Positions 1-11,879 are shown, counted from the first letter of the stretch. The stretch: 59,273 bases of DNA from Piedraia hortae CBS 480.64 (GCA_010093745.1 MU005971.1:248128-307400), one strand, 5' to 3'. Made by a program: numbers and translations. Notes: generated by a model not told the origin, from the sequence alone.

Positions 1-2077
1 TGTAGGTGGGGGGGTTGTTGAGTTCGCCTTGCATATCTTGCTCATTCATGCGAGTATACCTTTCTCGCTTTGCATGTACGCATGCATGATGAACTTATGT
101 CCATCAGGTGGGTGGAGGGGATTTTGTGGATTTTAAATGTTTTGCATCGACTCTTGCTTGAGGAGCATTTGCACTCACCGTGGGTGGAATGGACTTAGGG
201 GAGGGTGTAGATCATGCTCGGGTTGTATTGGTTTATGGGTAGACTCTTAGCTTCTTGGTCCAATGCAGAGAAAAGTACTCACTTTTGCGAAGAATAATTT
301 GACTGTTCCACGCCGCAGGAATAGACTGAAAGTTCCCGTCTCGCTTAAGTTTTACCAATCACAGCGTAATTCCTGACCATGCGTTGGGTATGCCGACAGG
401 GCCGCGAAAACTTTGCACACTTATCCACTCCACGCTCGAGCTTGGTCATGAACACCCCATTCCGCTGATTCATTGGTTCAACTTAATGCACCTACCCATA
501 GCCAAACTTCGCACGCGACCTTACCTCCAAACTGAATTGGACGTTTATGCTAACTTGGAATTATCAGCGGCCATTTTCTCGCGGATCGGCTCAAAGTGAT
601 GTCACCTGCATGCATGACCAAACAGTATTGCATTGCATAGGGCTGCATTAGTTCATGCGATAGTACCTGATGGCGTCATGCTCCTTAGCAAATAGTTTGG
701 TAATCTCTCAATCATGTTTTTGATCCTGGGAGGGATTGCGTTCGGCAGTGGCAAAATTGGGAGGGAGAAATTCTCCGATTGTAGAATGTTACTGTGTTTC
801 CGTGGATTTTGCAAGAGCGTGTGAAAGGTTTTGAGGCAGATGAGGACAGGTCGGACGGTCTAGTCCTGCGGGACCGTTGGATTCGGTTACAGTGAGGCTC
901 TTACCGCCGTCTCAAACCCTGACTGTTATGCTTTTCGTGTGCGTCTGAACGCGACGCCATGAAGTGAAGCGCTATGGATATGCAGATGAGCAGGATTTAT
1001 CTTCCATACGTGGGATGTAAAGTTGGCGTATCCAAGACCACAAGATCCTGCGACCTTGTGATGGCACTGCCCTCACAACATCATAGGGTAACTAGGTCCT
1101 GGCAGACCGGGCAAGTTTTGTGCAAGTGTCCACCGGTTTTCTCTATCTTAAACTCCTATCAAGAGGCTCCCGCTTCCATTGCGAACGTTACTTAAATTAC
1201 ATGCAGCGGAACTGATGCAAGGAACTGTTCAAAATTGGCAGGAACCAACCCAGCCTTCACATTCCTCAGTTACCGACATCTGATATCTTCTCAACTGGAT
1301 CTTGCGTTCAGAAATGATTCTCAACTGAACCATCAAACTGGCTACCAAACCTTTGAAGCCAAAGTGCTACCGACGATGGCGTCGGGATGATTATGGCATG
1401 TCTCAAGTATGTGATATTTCGGCCCGATCCGGGCCAAGCTTGGCGGCCTTAAGTTTGGGAGCGCCTCGACAAAGCTTTTGTCGTTCTTCAGGGACACGTC
1501 GGTGGCAAACATAAGACGTTTCTTTCTTATCAAAAGTTGTCTGGCCTGCGAAGGTATTGGCGCGGATGGGCCGTCATTGAAGATGACCGGATGAGATCCT
1601 TACTAGTCTTTTTAACTTCAGTGAGATCAACCTATGAAATCGTGCAAAATTTAGAATGATGAAACCAATAAGCGATGCCAAGACGTGGTATCCGAGATTT
1701 TGCACGCTATGCGTACCTTGCCAGTATGGCAAAAATATCAGATTATTCATCTGGTCACGACGGAAGTCCTGACTCAAAGTTTTCTGTCAATTAGACCACC
1801 CGATTAAAACGCGTAATTGCAGCAACAGCTTCACCATCCAGATTTACAACGCGCTAACATTGAAGTGAAATGCATTCTGGCGGCCACAGATTCACTACAC
1901 CGACCCACAAAGCGCTAACATTGCAATCACGCGCAATTCCGGAGATGGTGAAGTTCTTTAGGCCTTTACAAAACCGCACCACCTACTGATTTCCTCTCAA
2001 GCCACCCTCCAGTGCACCTAGCTGGGGGGCCCATTACCTTCAAACCATACTACATTTGACCAGCGAGAAGCATCAGG

Positions 2078-2734
2078 ATGCCTTGTAACAAGCCTTTTCA
2101 CTACCATCAGCGGCCCTCGATTGCTGGTGGGGCTACGCTGGTGATCCATCCCTGCAAGCGTTTCTGCGGGTATTGCGAGGGCATTGGAACTTGAGGAGCC
2201 TACATTCGTTTAATGGCCCATCTCTCCTTGGCAGCGCTGACCGTTTGATCAGTGACCTGCGCCGCCATGTACGCCTGCAGCATTACCGTCCCGATGAGAC
2301 AAGCTCGCATTCATCGGTAAAGACTGCTTCTTACTTGTATGCGAGTATTCACAAGATTCTTTGAGTAGCCGCTGACTGTTTTGCAGGAATGTAAACTATG
2401 CCAAAGTAAAGCCTCTGAGGGGAATCAGCAGGTTCGGAAAGTCGTCAAACGCTATCCACCGCGGAAGAACGTCTACGCACGCCAGCTCCAGAAGATTGAA
2501 GCTACAAATCCTGATCTAATCGCTGATGAAAATTATGCATCTGGATCGGCGGAGACTCGTGACACCAATTTCGTTCGTGCAGGGACCAACGACACCCGGA
2601 ATCAGGTCAATGTCGTCGCACGTGAGTTCAGTCCGGCGTTCAACTTTCACTATCACATTCATGTTCCCACTTTAGCCACGGCTGCACAAGCCGCTACCAA
2701 CATGCATCAAGCTGTCCAACATGTCGAAATCTGA
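2078..2734 (+). pseudogene. Orphan spliced ORF, probably frameshifted; possible degenerate C2H2-like zinc finger
   Basis: A phase-0 intron at 2317-2386 (GTAAAG...GCTGAC...GCAG) joins ORF 2173-2364 in frame to ORF 2381-2734. ATG 2078 gives CKRFCGYC, but in a different frame from SDLRRHVRLQH. Confidence 0.3.
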
Positions 2735-3558
2735 GTCAGAATGGCAGGTAAGGGCGCATTAGTGATCATGCAAAACGTCCGTCTTTACATTGGTGCGTCC
2801 GCTCCGAGGGTCTTCACTATTGTGCTTCACCCCCCCCCCACCACGCGCAAATATATCCCTCGAGATCGCTTAGTTGGATTGCTTGATTGACTAGGGTGTA
2901 GCGATAGGAATATCGTGGATGGGAGTGCGTAGCGGCCTGAATTAGGAGGACGTAATGATAGATGGAGATCAACGACAGAGGCTGAAAAAATTCAGGTGGT
3001 AGGAGACAATACCGGTGTGTGAATGATGAAATCTCTACGAAGGGGACGTAAGAATATATGTTCTTGTACCGATGGGACGGTAACGTCACGTCGTGGTATG
3101 AGTCATCTACAGCAGGGCGCATATGTCATGTTACAAGTGACCTGATCCTAACGGGAATCCTCTGTGAGGGGAAAACCTAGGACGCAGCTACTGGTGTATG
3201 AAGTATCGCTGACTTGCTATGCATATGCCCCGCATACGCGCTAACGGCGATATTTTAACCCCAACATAGGGAAGAAAAACGACTATGTAGCTCAGTAAGC
3301 CGAATGATGGTATTTGTCCATTTATTTCTGTTATTCCTAACGCATTCCCGGCGGGGAAAACACACCCCACTTGTTTTTCTTTCCTCCTCTTTGATCGGTA
3401 GATCAGAAGTGTAAATAGTAATAGAAATGATCTCACAATGTTCCCCCGCGCTGTCTCAGAAGTTATTGTTAGGGCGTATAGGTCGCACCCTTCCTGGTGA
3501 CTGGCACAAATGGGGGAAAAGACACCAGTCTTCAATTCCCGCTTTTCACAAATAAATA

Positions 3559-5065
3559 CAGTGTGTTATTGACACATCAAAACCATTGCTTCCGATTTAT
3601 TAGTTATATAAACTTGAAAATAGCACCATTCGATAGCACTTCGAATGCGCTATCGAATGAATGTAGTTTTGTCTTTGCACGTGGTATATAGAGCGAGAAA
3701 GTTGATGTTGAAGTGATGCAATTTCGTGTGACGATTTATTGGCGACGCGTCAAAACATCTACATCAACCGAAACCACAAGTCGTATTCAACACAAAATAT
3801 CCCGACACACGTAAAAAGTGAACACAACGTATTCCAGAGCCTGCAGATTCCACTAACAATCGAAATTTCAGACCCGACCAACGTGCGACTATTGGGATTG
3901 CCTAAGCATGAGAATATTGTCGCTGGCATAAAATCGGACAATCACGAAGGACACAGGATGTAGCAAGAGTAACGTCGGAAGAGTCCATAAGGAGCTAAAG
4001 CATAAGGGTGCAAACATTGTAGATAGCAATGCGAGCCGTCCAGCCAAGCTTGATAAAGTTACGAAACGGCATGCCACGCGTATGTTGCCAGAGCTTTAGA
4101 GTAGGACTTATATTGATGTTTCAAGTGACACAGTTCGCAAGGCTTTCGAAGAGAGCGAATTGAGGGCGATCAAAAAGAAGAAGGCCCCGCTCCGCAGGAA
4201 AAAGACAATGAAAGCCCGCCTGAAATGGATGAACACATGGAATGGACCGTGAAGGACTGGGAGAAGGTCCCATTTACCGACGAGACTAAGGTTAATAGGA
4301 TTGAGTCCGACGGGATGAAGTGGTTTTGGGTTCCGCCTCATGAGAATGAGCTCGAACCACGCAGTGTAAAGGGTACGGTCAAGTTTGGCGGTCGCAGCAC
4401 CATAATTTGGAGCTGCATGTCAGCAGTAGGTGTCGGCCGATTCGAATATGTGGTCGGCAGAATGGACGCAAAGCAGTATGTCAGCATTCTGCGGAAAATT
4501 CTTCCTAGCAGCATGCGGTCCCTCGGCTGTACCAATTTCAGCAAGACGGGGACAGCAAGCACACCTCGAAGCTGGCCCCAGGTTTACTTCGAGGAGAATG
4601 AATTCATCATTCTAGACTGGCCACCATACTCTCCAGGCCTGAATCCCATCGAAAACCTCTTGGAGATTGTGAAGAGGAAGCTGGCGGAATATGACGACGA
4701 AGCAGAGAGCTTGGAGGAGCTGCAGGGGAGACTGGAAGAAGTCTGGGCCTCTATCATTCCAGAGGAGTGCTATACCTCATGGAAAGCATGCCGAGGAGGT
4801 GTGCTGCTGTTATCAAGACGAAAGGAGGCGCAACGAAGTACTAGAATTACCCCGCCAGTAAATTGTCCCACGAAATTGTCGCATTTTCATTCCGGTTTTC
4901 TCGTGCTATATACCACGTAAAAAAGACGAAACTACATTTATTCGATAGGTCATTCGAAGCGCTATCAAATGGTGCTATTTTCAAGCTTATATAATTAATG
5001 AAACGCAAGCAATGGTTTTGATGTATCAATAGCCCTAAGATCTGAGACATTTTCTTGGGGCACTG
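3559..5065 (+). mobile_element. Tc1/mariner (DD34E-type) DNA transposon, inactive, with about 180-205 bp terminal inverted repeats
   Basis: TA|CAGTG...CACTG|TA termini (TA at 3557-58 and 5066-67). Arm 3559-3736 is the reverse complement of 4861-5065, with a deletion of about 25 bp near the left end. Transposase remnants lie inside. Confidence 0.93.
3908..4844 (+). pseudogene. Tc1-family transposase, frameshifted with stops
   Basis: HTH-like segment with SRPAKL, then W.KV.FTDETK, KFGG, FQQDGDSKHT (other frame), WPPYSPGLNPIEN (consensus SPDLNPIE) and the C-terminus MESMPRRCAAVIKTKGGATKY* ending at 4844, spread over several frames. Confidence 0.9.
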
Positions 5066-5778
5066 TATGCACGCCACATTTAACCCACCTCATCGCCTCA
5101 GGCTTGCGCTATCATAGACCTCCTCCGATTTCCCTTCCCCGCCACCTTTCACGGTTCCCAGCATGACGGAGTTGGTGAGACGCCTTAAAGCGAAGGGCAA
5201 ATCGCATATCTCAAATCAACAAGCCTCCACTGGAGGTGCCTTGACCTCCAAGTCTCAGTTTCCACAGCACGGCCTTCTCAGCCTTTGGCGTTGCACAATT
5301 CACCAGTCCCGACTTCATCTCTAGCGTCAACACCGCGAAACCCATTCCAAGACAGGAGCAATCTCGCACGCGATGCCCTTGACAAGCTTCCCGCCGACTA
5401 TCGTCGGTTCGTTCAAGAGCAACTAGGATCGAACAGCGATCTTGAAAGGGACGCAGCCAGCGTCTTGGCCCTGAGAGGCCAAAACCAGTCAAAAAGGTCC
5501 AATCAACGGATTGTCAGCATGAGGAAAATTGCTTGTCAAATCATGCAATTCGCGCCGGTATTTGTCGTTGCGACGAATGCCCAAGTGGAGGTGCTTAGTT
5601 TGCCGTGGGCCGTAATTCGCTCTTTCTTCATATTAAGCAGTACTCTTAACTGCGTCACTACTTAACACCGTTTCTGTAGTTGGCACAGAAAGCTCACGAG
5701 CAGAGTGAAGCTATTTTGAAGGGGGTTGAAACCGTGCTAGACACGAGTCATTTGATAAACGTATATTTTAATATATAC

Positions 5779-6219
5779 TGTTAGAAGGATGTGGCATCCA
5801 CCATAACCATAACTGTAGATAGAAGTCGAAACTCCTCTGGGTTTTTTCCTCTATAGAGGAAGTTTTCCCTGAGGCGGGTTATTGTCTCGTTCTGTTGATG
5901 TTAGTCGGGAGCCAGTCCAGATAGGGCTAGGGTGACTAGTAACCTCATCTCCTCTAGAGTCTTAGAAAAAGGGTAGCAGCAACAACATTGTCTTTCATGT
6001 CACTTCCCATTCCTATATTCACTACGTTCATGCTTAAGGGCATGATTCGCTGACGATATCCTGGCGAATGCGGTTAGACTGAGGGAGTGTGGAGAAGGTT
6101 TTGAACCTCACATCACATAGAGATTGACCAAAAGGTGAATGTAGATGTCTGAGTTGAATGCACTCATTTGTCTTTGATCTACGTTCCGCCTTAGTCCTCG
6201 GAGGTTCACCCCTCCAACA
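5779..6219. mobile_element. Solo LTR (family A, copy 1) with nested insertion
   Basis: TGTTAGAAGG...CCCTCCAACA termini. Colinear with 20613-20918 apart from a 132-bp insert and a short inversion. No intact TSD. Confidence 0.85.
5893..6024. mobile_element. 132-bp nested insertion, probably a small solo LTR of another family
   Basis: Absent from the 20613 copy. Flanked by the 5-bp direct repeat CGTTC (5888-92 and 6025-29). Begins TGTTGA and ends TCACTA. Confidence 0.75.
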
Positions 6220-7985
6220 CAAGATGTTGCCTACTGCTGCTCATACAGTTCAATTGCCGCTCAAAGATACGAAAGACCCGTGTCAGTTGCGTGATTTAGC
6301 TCTCCGGAAGCTCAATGAGGGTGTGTTGTTGAGGAGTATCGGTGCCATACCTCAGCCTGATAACAAAGACTATACAAGGAAAAATTCTGTATAGTAAAAT
6401 ACTCAAAGAGCATGATAAAGAGGACAGTGTGGCAATGGGGTAATATTTGAAATTGTTTGAACAAAGAAGCTACCTGTATATAAGATCGCTGCTGAACTGC
6501 AGAGAAAATAATTTGAACAACTCAATCTTCAGAACGATTACGCTGCGCAACAACTGTCTTCCAACAAATTCCCCCACCCTTTGTGAACAAAGGAGACAGA
6601 ATCCGTTTCTTCACGCATACTAACAACCGAACAATTGGATCCACATCACTCGATGCGATAACATCTTAATACATCTTCCCGAAAGCTTTCAACAAGAACC
6701 CTTTAGCTCTTATGTTTTCTTGTGATGCGGGACGCGTGCTTGACGTGCTTGTGGGTCTGGGTGCTTTGTATGTAGGCACAGTTTGGATTTGGTCCTGTGA
6801 TGTGGCTTTGTCTAGAGTACCAGGCCTCAGATAGAAGCTTACTGGAATAATGAGGGAGTCCTCCTTTGTTTGAGATCGATTTACATCACCGTCTTTACCT
6901 TCTTCCCCATCGTCTATCGCCTCAACTTCCTTCATATTTTTTTAAGCTTCTGATGGAGCTCAATCCCGCATTGGAATATCAGTACAGTTGGCTCTCGCCA
7001 TAATGCTAGCAAGGGGCAACACTACGAGCTTCGTCGTAACGTGAATCTTGTTAAAGCGAAAATTGCTACAGTACTGTAAATCTGTACAAACCATTTATTG
7101 TGCGGGAGTCCTAGTTATCGGTGTAGCGTGATTATCGTTATAGTGGGTACCGTTATAGCGATAACAGACTGTAGATATTCCAATGCGTGCGAGCGAGACC
7201 ATCAGGCGGTCTAACGAGATTGTCCGGACCAAAGACGTGCTAGTAGCTGTCATACCAGCACCCCTTCCGCCTCGAACGCTGGCTAGGGGCAACCCATGTT
7301 GCCGTAAGTTTTATGTCCCAAAAATCTCTCCCAAACTCAACAACAGATCGAGCTACTAGCAAAACGACCCGGAAACGTGCAAACCAAAACCGACATCGTA
7401 CAGCGCGCTTTGAACCCTCCGGCTTTACCCTCGCCCCTGATTGCGATGCACTTGAAAATCTCACTTTATCATCAAATGACTGCTAATTTGGAAGAAGACC
7501 CCTTTTGCCTGTCGAAAGCTTGAAGCAATCATCTTGATCATTCAGCGACGGGGTGCCAAGAACTTGACAGATGGGATAAAAGCCGTTGATGTAGCCCGGC
7601 AGCTTTTTCCATATGTCAAATGCGTGAGAAGTTTCGGCGTAGAAACAGGAGACTCGGATTTTTGAGGATTGGGTGTGCTAAGCTGCAGTAGTAGAATCAG
7701 CTCACGCAAGACAGATAACTGAAGATTTTGGTGTCTATGAAATAATGTTGAGTTTAAGGAATGGCGAGAAAACACAGTCCCGGTTCGCATGCCTTTTCCT
7801 CTCTTGCAACCGATATCTCCTCTGCTATTGGGGCTTGCTGGGAAAAGGTTCATAGCACAATGAGTCCTGGATCTAGATAGGGTGCCTGAGGCTTTGCAGG
7901 GCTTTCTTCCTCACAAAGGTATTTTCTCCTGCGACGAGTTCGGCAGATGCTGTTCAGCCCACTGCGGGTCTGCAGGGTTACTTAG

Positions 7986-8043
7986 ACACACACACACACA
8001 CACACAGACAGACACACACACGCACAAACAAACAAACAAACAA
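7986..8043. repeat. Compound microsatellite (AC)n/(ACAG)/(ACAA)n
   Basis: Directly visible. Confidence 0.95.
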
Positions 8044-8223
8044 TTTCACACACCTATTTGCCCAGACTTCACGTCTTCAACACTTCCATGCATCCTCATC
8101 CTCTCCATTCCCCAAAACTGAAGAACCCTCTCAAAGCAAACCCCTCTATAGCATGATACAGAACCGAAACCTCAGGAACCTAATTATACACCCCTATCTA
8201 GCCCCCATCTACGATTACTCCTG

Positions 8224-9564
8224 TTAACGATTGTTATTAAACGCATCCCTCATGCGGCCAAGAAACGAAGAATTATCCCTCCTGGTCGCGGGCTCCGCAC
8301 TCGTCGCTCTCCTCTCCCCGTTCGAAACCTGCCTTGTCGGCACCGGGCGAGGTCCCCTATAATCCGGCCCATGCGTATCATTGAGCGGAGGTTCCGTCGC
8401 ATCTCTCGACCTCTGCTGATCCTCCTTCGGCATAATCCCCTGACGACAGTGAGGACACGTATCGTGTTCAGACAACCAAGCAGTGATGCACTCCTTATGA
8501 AACCAGTGGCTGCAGGGTAGGACGGTGACGGAGTTTCCGATCGGAATTTGATCCATGCATATGCTACATTCGACGATTCCAGTTTTTTCGTCTCCGTCGG
8601 CGGCGGTGACGGGTCGTTGGGGGAGGGAGGAGATTGCGGCTGCGGAGGCGGGGCCAGGGGCATGGCCGCTTTGGTTTTGTTCCATTAGTTGCGTGATGAC
8701 GCGGTCGAGGGCTTCTTGGGTGAAAACGGCATCGCCTATTCGACCGTCACTGCCAACGCCGCCACCGCCGCGGACGATGGCGTCGAAGAGACCAAAGGGC
8801 ATGATGCTGCCCACGGCCGGGTGGCCGCCGCCAAACGTGCCGATGTTGGCGACCATTTGGGCCATGATTTGCTCTAGGGGCTCGGGTTGGCGGTTGAAGG
8901 GTTGTGGTGCGTTGGCGTTGCGGGGTCCGTCGTAGGTCATGCTGGTTATGGTCATGGAGCCGCCGGGGAAGTTGAAGATGCGGACTCTGGGCTCGTTTTC
9001 TCTAGGTGTGCCTGGAGCAGAATGGGCGCGGTCGCGCTGGTCGTTCTGTTGCTGCTGATGCTGTTGTTGTGGGGGAGAGGGCGGGCTGAGGTAGTTGTGC
9101 AGCAGAGAGCCAATGGCTCCCATGAAGGTGCCGGCTGGGTGTCCCTGTGTCTGTCCCTGGCCTTGGTTCTGCTGCTGATTCTGACCCTGTTGCTGACTTG
9201 CCTGGCCTACTTGCGGCCCGTTGAAGTAGAAAGTCCTGAATACGTCGCCCCCGTTGAATCCGGGCCCGTCGTTATCTCTCCATCGGCCGCGGCCTCGGTC
9301 GTCTTGGCCTCCTGGCGGGTTCATGGCCTGCTGTACGTGATGGAGGAAGGGTCCGCCCACCAAGCCCGGCGGCCCGTCGTCATCTCGCGGGTCGTCGTTT
9401 TCCTCGATAATCTGCGTGAACTCGCCGTTGCAATCGGGACAGACGAGACCGTGTTCATCGCGGTACCATTCGTTTTCACACTGGTGGCAGAACATTAGGT
9501 CGCGGTGTTGCTCGCCCCGCTGTGTGCCTTGGGCTGACTGTTGATGCGACGCCATGACATCCAC
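8224..9564 (-). CDS. RING-H2 E3 ubiquitin ligase, RNF115/RNF126-like
   Basis: N-terminal zinc ribbon FCHQC...CPDC, a GDAVFTQEALDRVITQLME motif, and the RING-H2 CSIC...LPCSHWFHKECITAWL...CPHCR. The start may be the second Met. Confidence 0.9.
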   Translation of the reverse strand: MDVMASHQQSAQGTQRGEQHRDLMFCHQCENEWYRDEHGLVCPDCNGEFTQIIEENDDPRDDDGPPGLVGGPFLHHVQQAMNPPGGQDDRGRGRWRDNDGPGFNGGDVFRTFYFNGPQVGQASQQQGQNQQQNQGQGQTQGHPAGTFMGAIGSLLHNYLSPPSPPQQQHQQQQNDQRDRAHSAPGTPRENEPRVRIFNFPGGSMTITSMTYDGPRNANAPQPFNRQPEPLEQIMAQMVANIGTFGGGHPAVGSIMPFGLFDAIVRGGGGVGSDGRIGDAVFTQEALDRVITQLMEQNQSGHAPGPASAAAISSLPQRPVTAADGDEKTGIVECSICMDQIPIGNSVTVLPCSHWFHKECITAWLSEHDTCPHCRQGIMPKEDQQRSRDATEPPLNDTHGPDYRGPRPVPTRQVSNGERRATSAEPATRRDNSSFLGRMRDAFNNNR

Positions 9565-9709
9565 AATTGTAAGGTAGCCTTAGGTTTGACGGTGAGGCTC
9601 GGCCAGCGCTCTGCAGGAGGCTTAGGTTGAAGGGGTGACGTCGGTGACGGTGTGGCGCTGAAACGGCTATGATGTCACTGTGCCAAAGCCAACGTGCTTT
9701 CACACTTTG

Positions 9710-9749
9710 NNNNNNNNNNNNNNNNNNNNNNNNNNNNNNNNNNNNNNNN
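9710..9749. other. Assembly gap (40 N)
   Basis: Run of N. Confidence 1.
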
Positions 9750-9770
9750 CTCCCCTCCTTTCCTGCCGCA

Positions 9771-10809
9771 ATGGATGCACAGCTGGATTTCGTCTCATTG
9801 GGCATGTTTGTCCTGGGTATATTCACTCTCTCTTCCGTAGTCACTAGCTAAACGTCAAGACGAAATCCAGTCGGCTTCGTCGCAGACTTCGTCCCTTGTC
9901 GTAGGCGGAGCAGGAACGTATTCCACTCTAGGTGCCCGTTTGGTCTCTCCCGAGAGCCCTCACAAGCTCTCATTCATCGTAGACGAGGGTCCGGACTTTC
10001 CTACTGCAATCAAGAATGATATCCTATCATGGAAGACGTCGGCCCTCTTCCGTCCACGCAAGGGGCCAACCACCCGCGGCTGGAACGGCTACGAGGATGC
10101 TAACAGTGATAGCAGAACGTTCAAGTATCTAACCCCCAAGAAGCAGATCTTTGTACAGGACCTCACAGACGAAATGGTAAAGGCTAAGAGTCTCCATCTC
10201 ATCTGCTCCGGGCTGAGGTGCAGGGAGATTGTATCCGACTTGCTGCAACGAAGAGAGTCGATTCCGACGCCACAGATTGTGTGGGAACCGGTCCCGTCTT
10301 CTTGTACAACAGACGAGAGGGAAGAACTGCTTCTTGCCATGCGAAGCGTTGATGTCGTCAGTCCTAACCACGAGGAGCTATGTGACTTGTTTGGCGTGAA
10401 AGCTCCTAGTGTGGATGACACAAAGACGATTGAAGAATTGGCTGGGAAATTGTTCAGCCATCAGGTTGGGGCTACCGGTCATGGTGCCCTCGTCGTGAGG
10501 TGTTCGAGAAAGGGGTGCTTCATACTTGCCCCTGGCATAGAACAATGGCTGCCGGCTTACTTTCAGGAAGGAGACGGCAGAGTGGTAGATCCCACTGGAG
10601 GAGGCAATGGCTTCCTCGGAGCTTTTGCTGTTGCCTTGGCTCGTGGATGCGACATAGTCGAGGCTGCAAGATGGGGGAGTGTGGCAGCCAGTCTGTGCAT
10701 TGAACAGGTTGGTGTCCCGAGTTTGAGCATGGAGGAGAGAAAGGAGAAGTGGAATGGTGCGGTTGTGCAGGAGAGACTCGACGAGTTCAAGACGAGGACG
10801 GGAGGCTAA
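9771..10809 (+). CDS. PfkB/ribokinase-family carbohydrate kinase, Mak32-like
   Basis: Exon 9771-9816, a 43-nt intron 9817-9859 and exon 9860-10809 give MDAQLDFVSLGMFVLDEI...GGAGTY. Also SPNHEE and the PfkB signature VVDPTGGGNGFLG. Confidence 0.88.
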
Positions 10810-10842
10810 AAAAGTCTACATTGATCATAAACTTTTATAGAC

Positions 10843-11809
10843 CTAATGGCCTTCGCTGCTTCCATCGCGAGACCCGACCTCAGACCAGCTCTCTGGAGTC
10901 AAAACTCCGCTTTCCGACTCCCAGCTGAGTTCGCTGGCTGCTGCATCGACCATTTCACCTTCGGACTCTGTTTCGGCGCGCAGGACTACAAAGTTGTATG
11001 GGTACATGGTGTTGGCATAGAGGTCGTCGCTGTCAACATCGCTTAATTCCTCTTGCACAGTCTCCGTAGAGAAGGACGCCGGCGTCGGGGCTTCTTCGGT
11101 ATTGGAATCGTCTTGGCTGCTCCCCTGGTTCGTTGCCGTTGGCGTCCGTGACGTGGGAGTCGTGATTTTGTCGCCCTTTGGCCTGTTCTCAGCGGTTGAT
11201 GCTTGAGAAACGGTGTCTTTGGATTCGGTCTTATCCAACTTCTGGTTCTGCAGCTTACTTGCCATCCTCGTTACCTGCTCGTTCCCCGTTGGGTTGGGCA
11301 ACTCGTAGTCACATTGAGAAGATTTGGCACTAGTATTATCGTCCCCCCGTTCGGCTTTCCCTTTCAGGTTGCCTTGATGGTCTACGAAGTCATCAAAGGT
11401 TTTATCAGCAGAACGACGTTTTTGCAGTTCCATCATCTCTGCATGACGACGCGCAAGGTACTCGCGACCTTTGCGACGTCTTTCTTCGGCTTCATCCGGG
11501 TTTGAGGGCCCAGGAGCTGGGCGTCTCGTGCCGAGGCTACGACTTGAAGTGGTACCAGAGCGTCCTACATATGCAACAGCTTCAGCCTGACGTCTGGACT
11601 CTGGATCGAGTTCATTGCCCCATTTTCGCAACAATTCGGCCAATCTGATGCGCTGCTCTTCAATCCAGGCCTGCGCCTGCGGACTTTCGAGCACAGCCAC
11701 ACCGAGTGCGGTGCATATGCTGAGCGAGAAGATGATGCCTGTGACTGCGTTAGTATAGATAAGCATGCTCACTTTCATTCGTCGCACCTCTGACCAACGC
11801 GGCTGCCAT
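10843..11809 (-). CDS. Conserved fungal hypothetical protein with N-terminal membrane anchor and acidic C-terminus
   Basis: Exon 11809-11788 and a 49-nt intron 11787-11739 (GTGCGA...CTAAC...CAG) give MAAALVRGIIFSLSICTALGVAVLESPQAQAWIEEQR. C-terminal LTPESWSEVGS. Confidence 0.75.
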
Positions 11810-11870
11810 CTCGCAAATCGAAGTGGATGTGGGAATTCTGGACTCGAAATGCAAGGCGGGGTAAGTGCGG

Positions 11871-11879
11871 ATGAGTCAT
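11871..11879. promoter_or_regulatory. Gcn4/CpcA (AP-1-type) site in a 201-bp bidirectional promoter
   Basis: Perfect ATGAGTCAT. Confidence 0.4.

Larger units (their letters stand above)
5163..6394 (+). pseudogene. Decayed gene resembling the N-terminal helical domain of fungal NACHT/STAND (NLR-like) proteins, interrupted by a solo LTR
   Basis: DALDKLP...QFAPVFVVATNAQVEVLSLPWAVIRSFF, then an acceptor (CTGTAG, 5679) and exon LAQKAHEQSEAILKGVETVLDTSHLINVYFNIY cut by the LTR at 5779. The family assignment is by motif recall only. Confidence 0.4.

Noticed and set aside
2897..3550. Possible additional solo LTRs (2897-3135 and 3195-3550, TG...CA)
   Set aside because: No exact TSD and no second copy in the window, so they cannot be supported.
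8250..9498. Long overlapping and antisense ORFs over the RING gene (similar ones occur over SPO71, PMS1, tyrosinase and OGT)
   Set aside because: Shadow ORFs caused by GC-rich codon bias, with no recognisable domains.
11812..11818. Ndt80 MSE core CGCAAAT upstream of the SPO71-like gene
   Set aside because: A 7-bp match directly abutting the opposite gene's start codon; likely chance.
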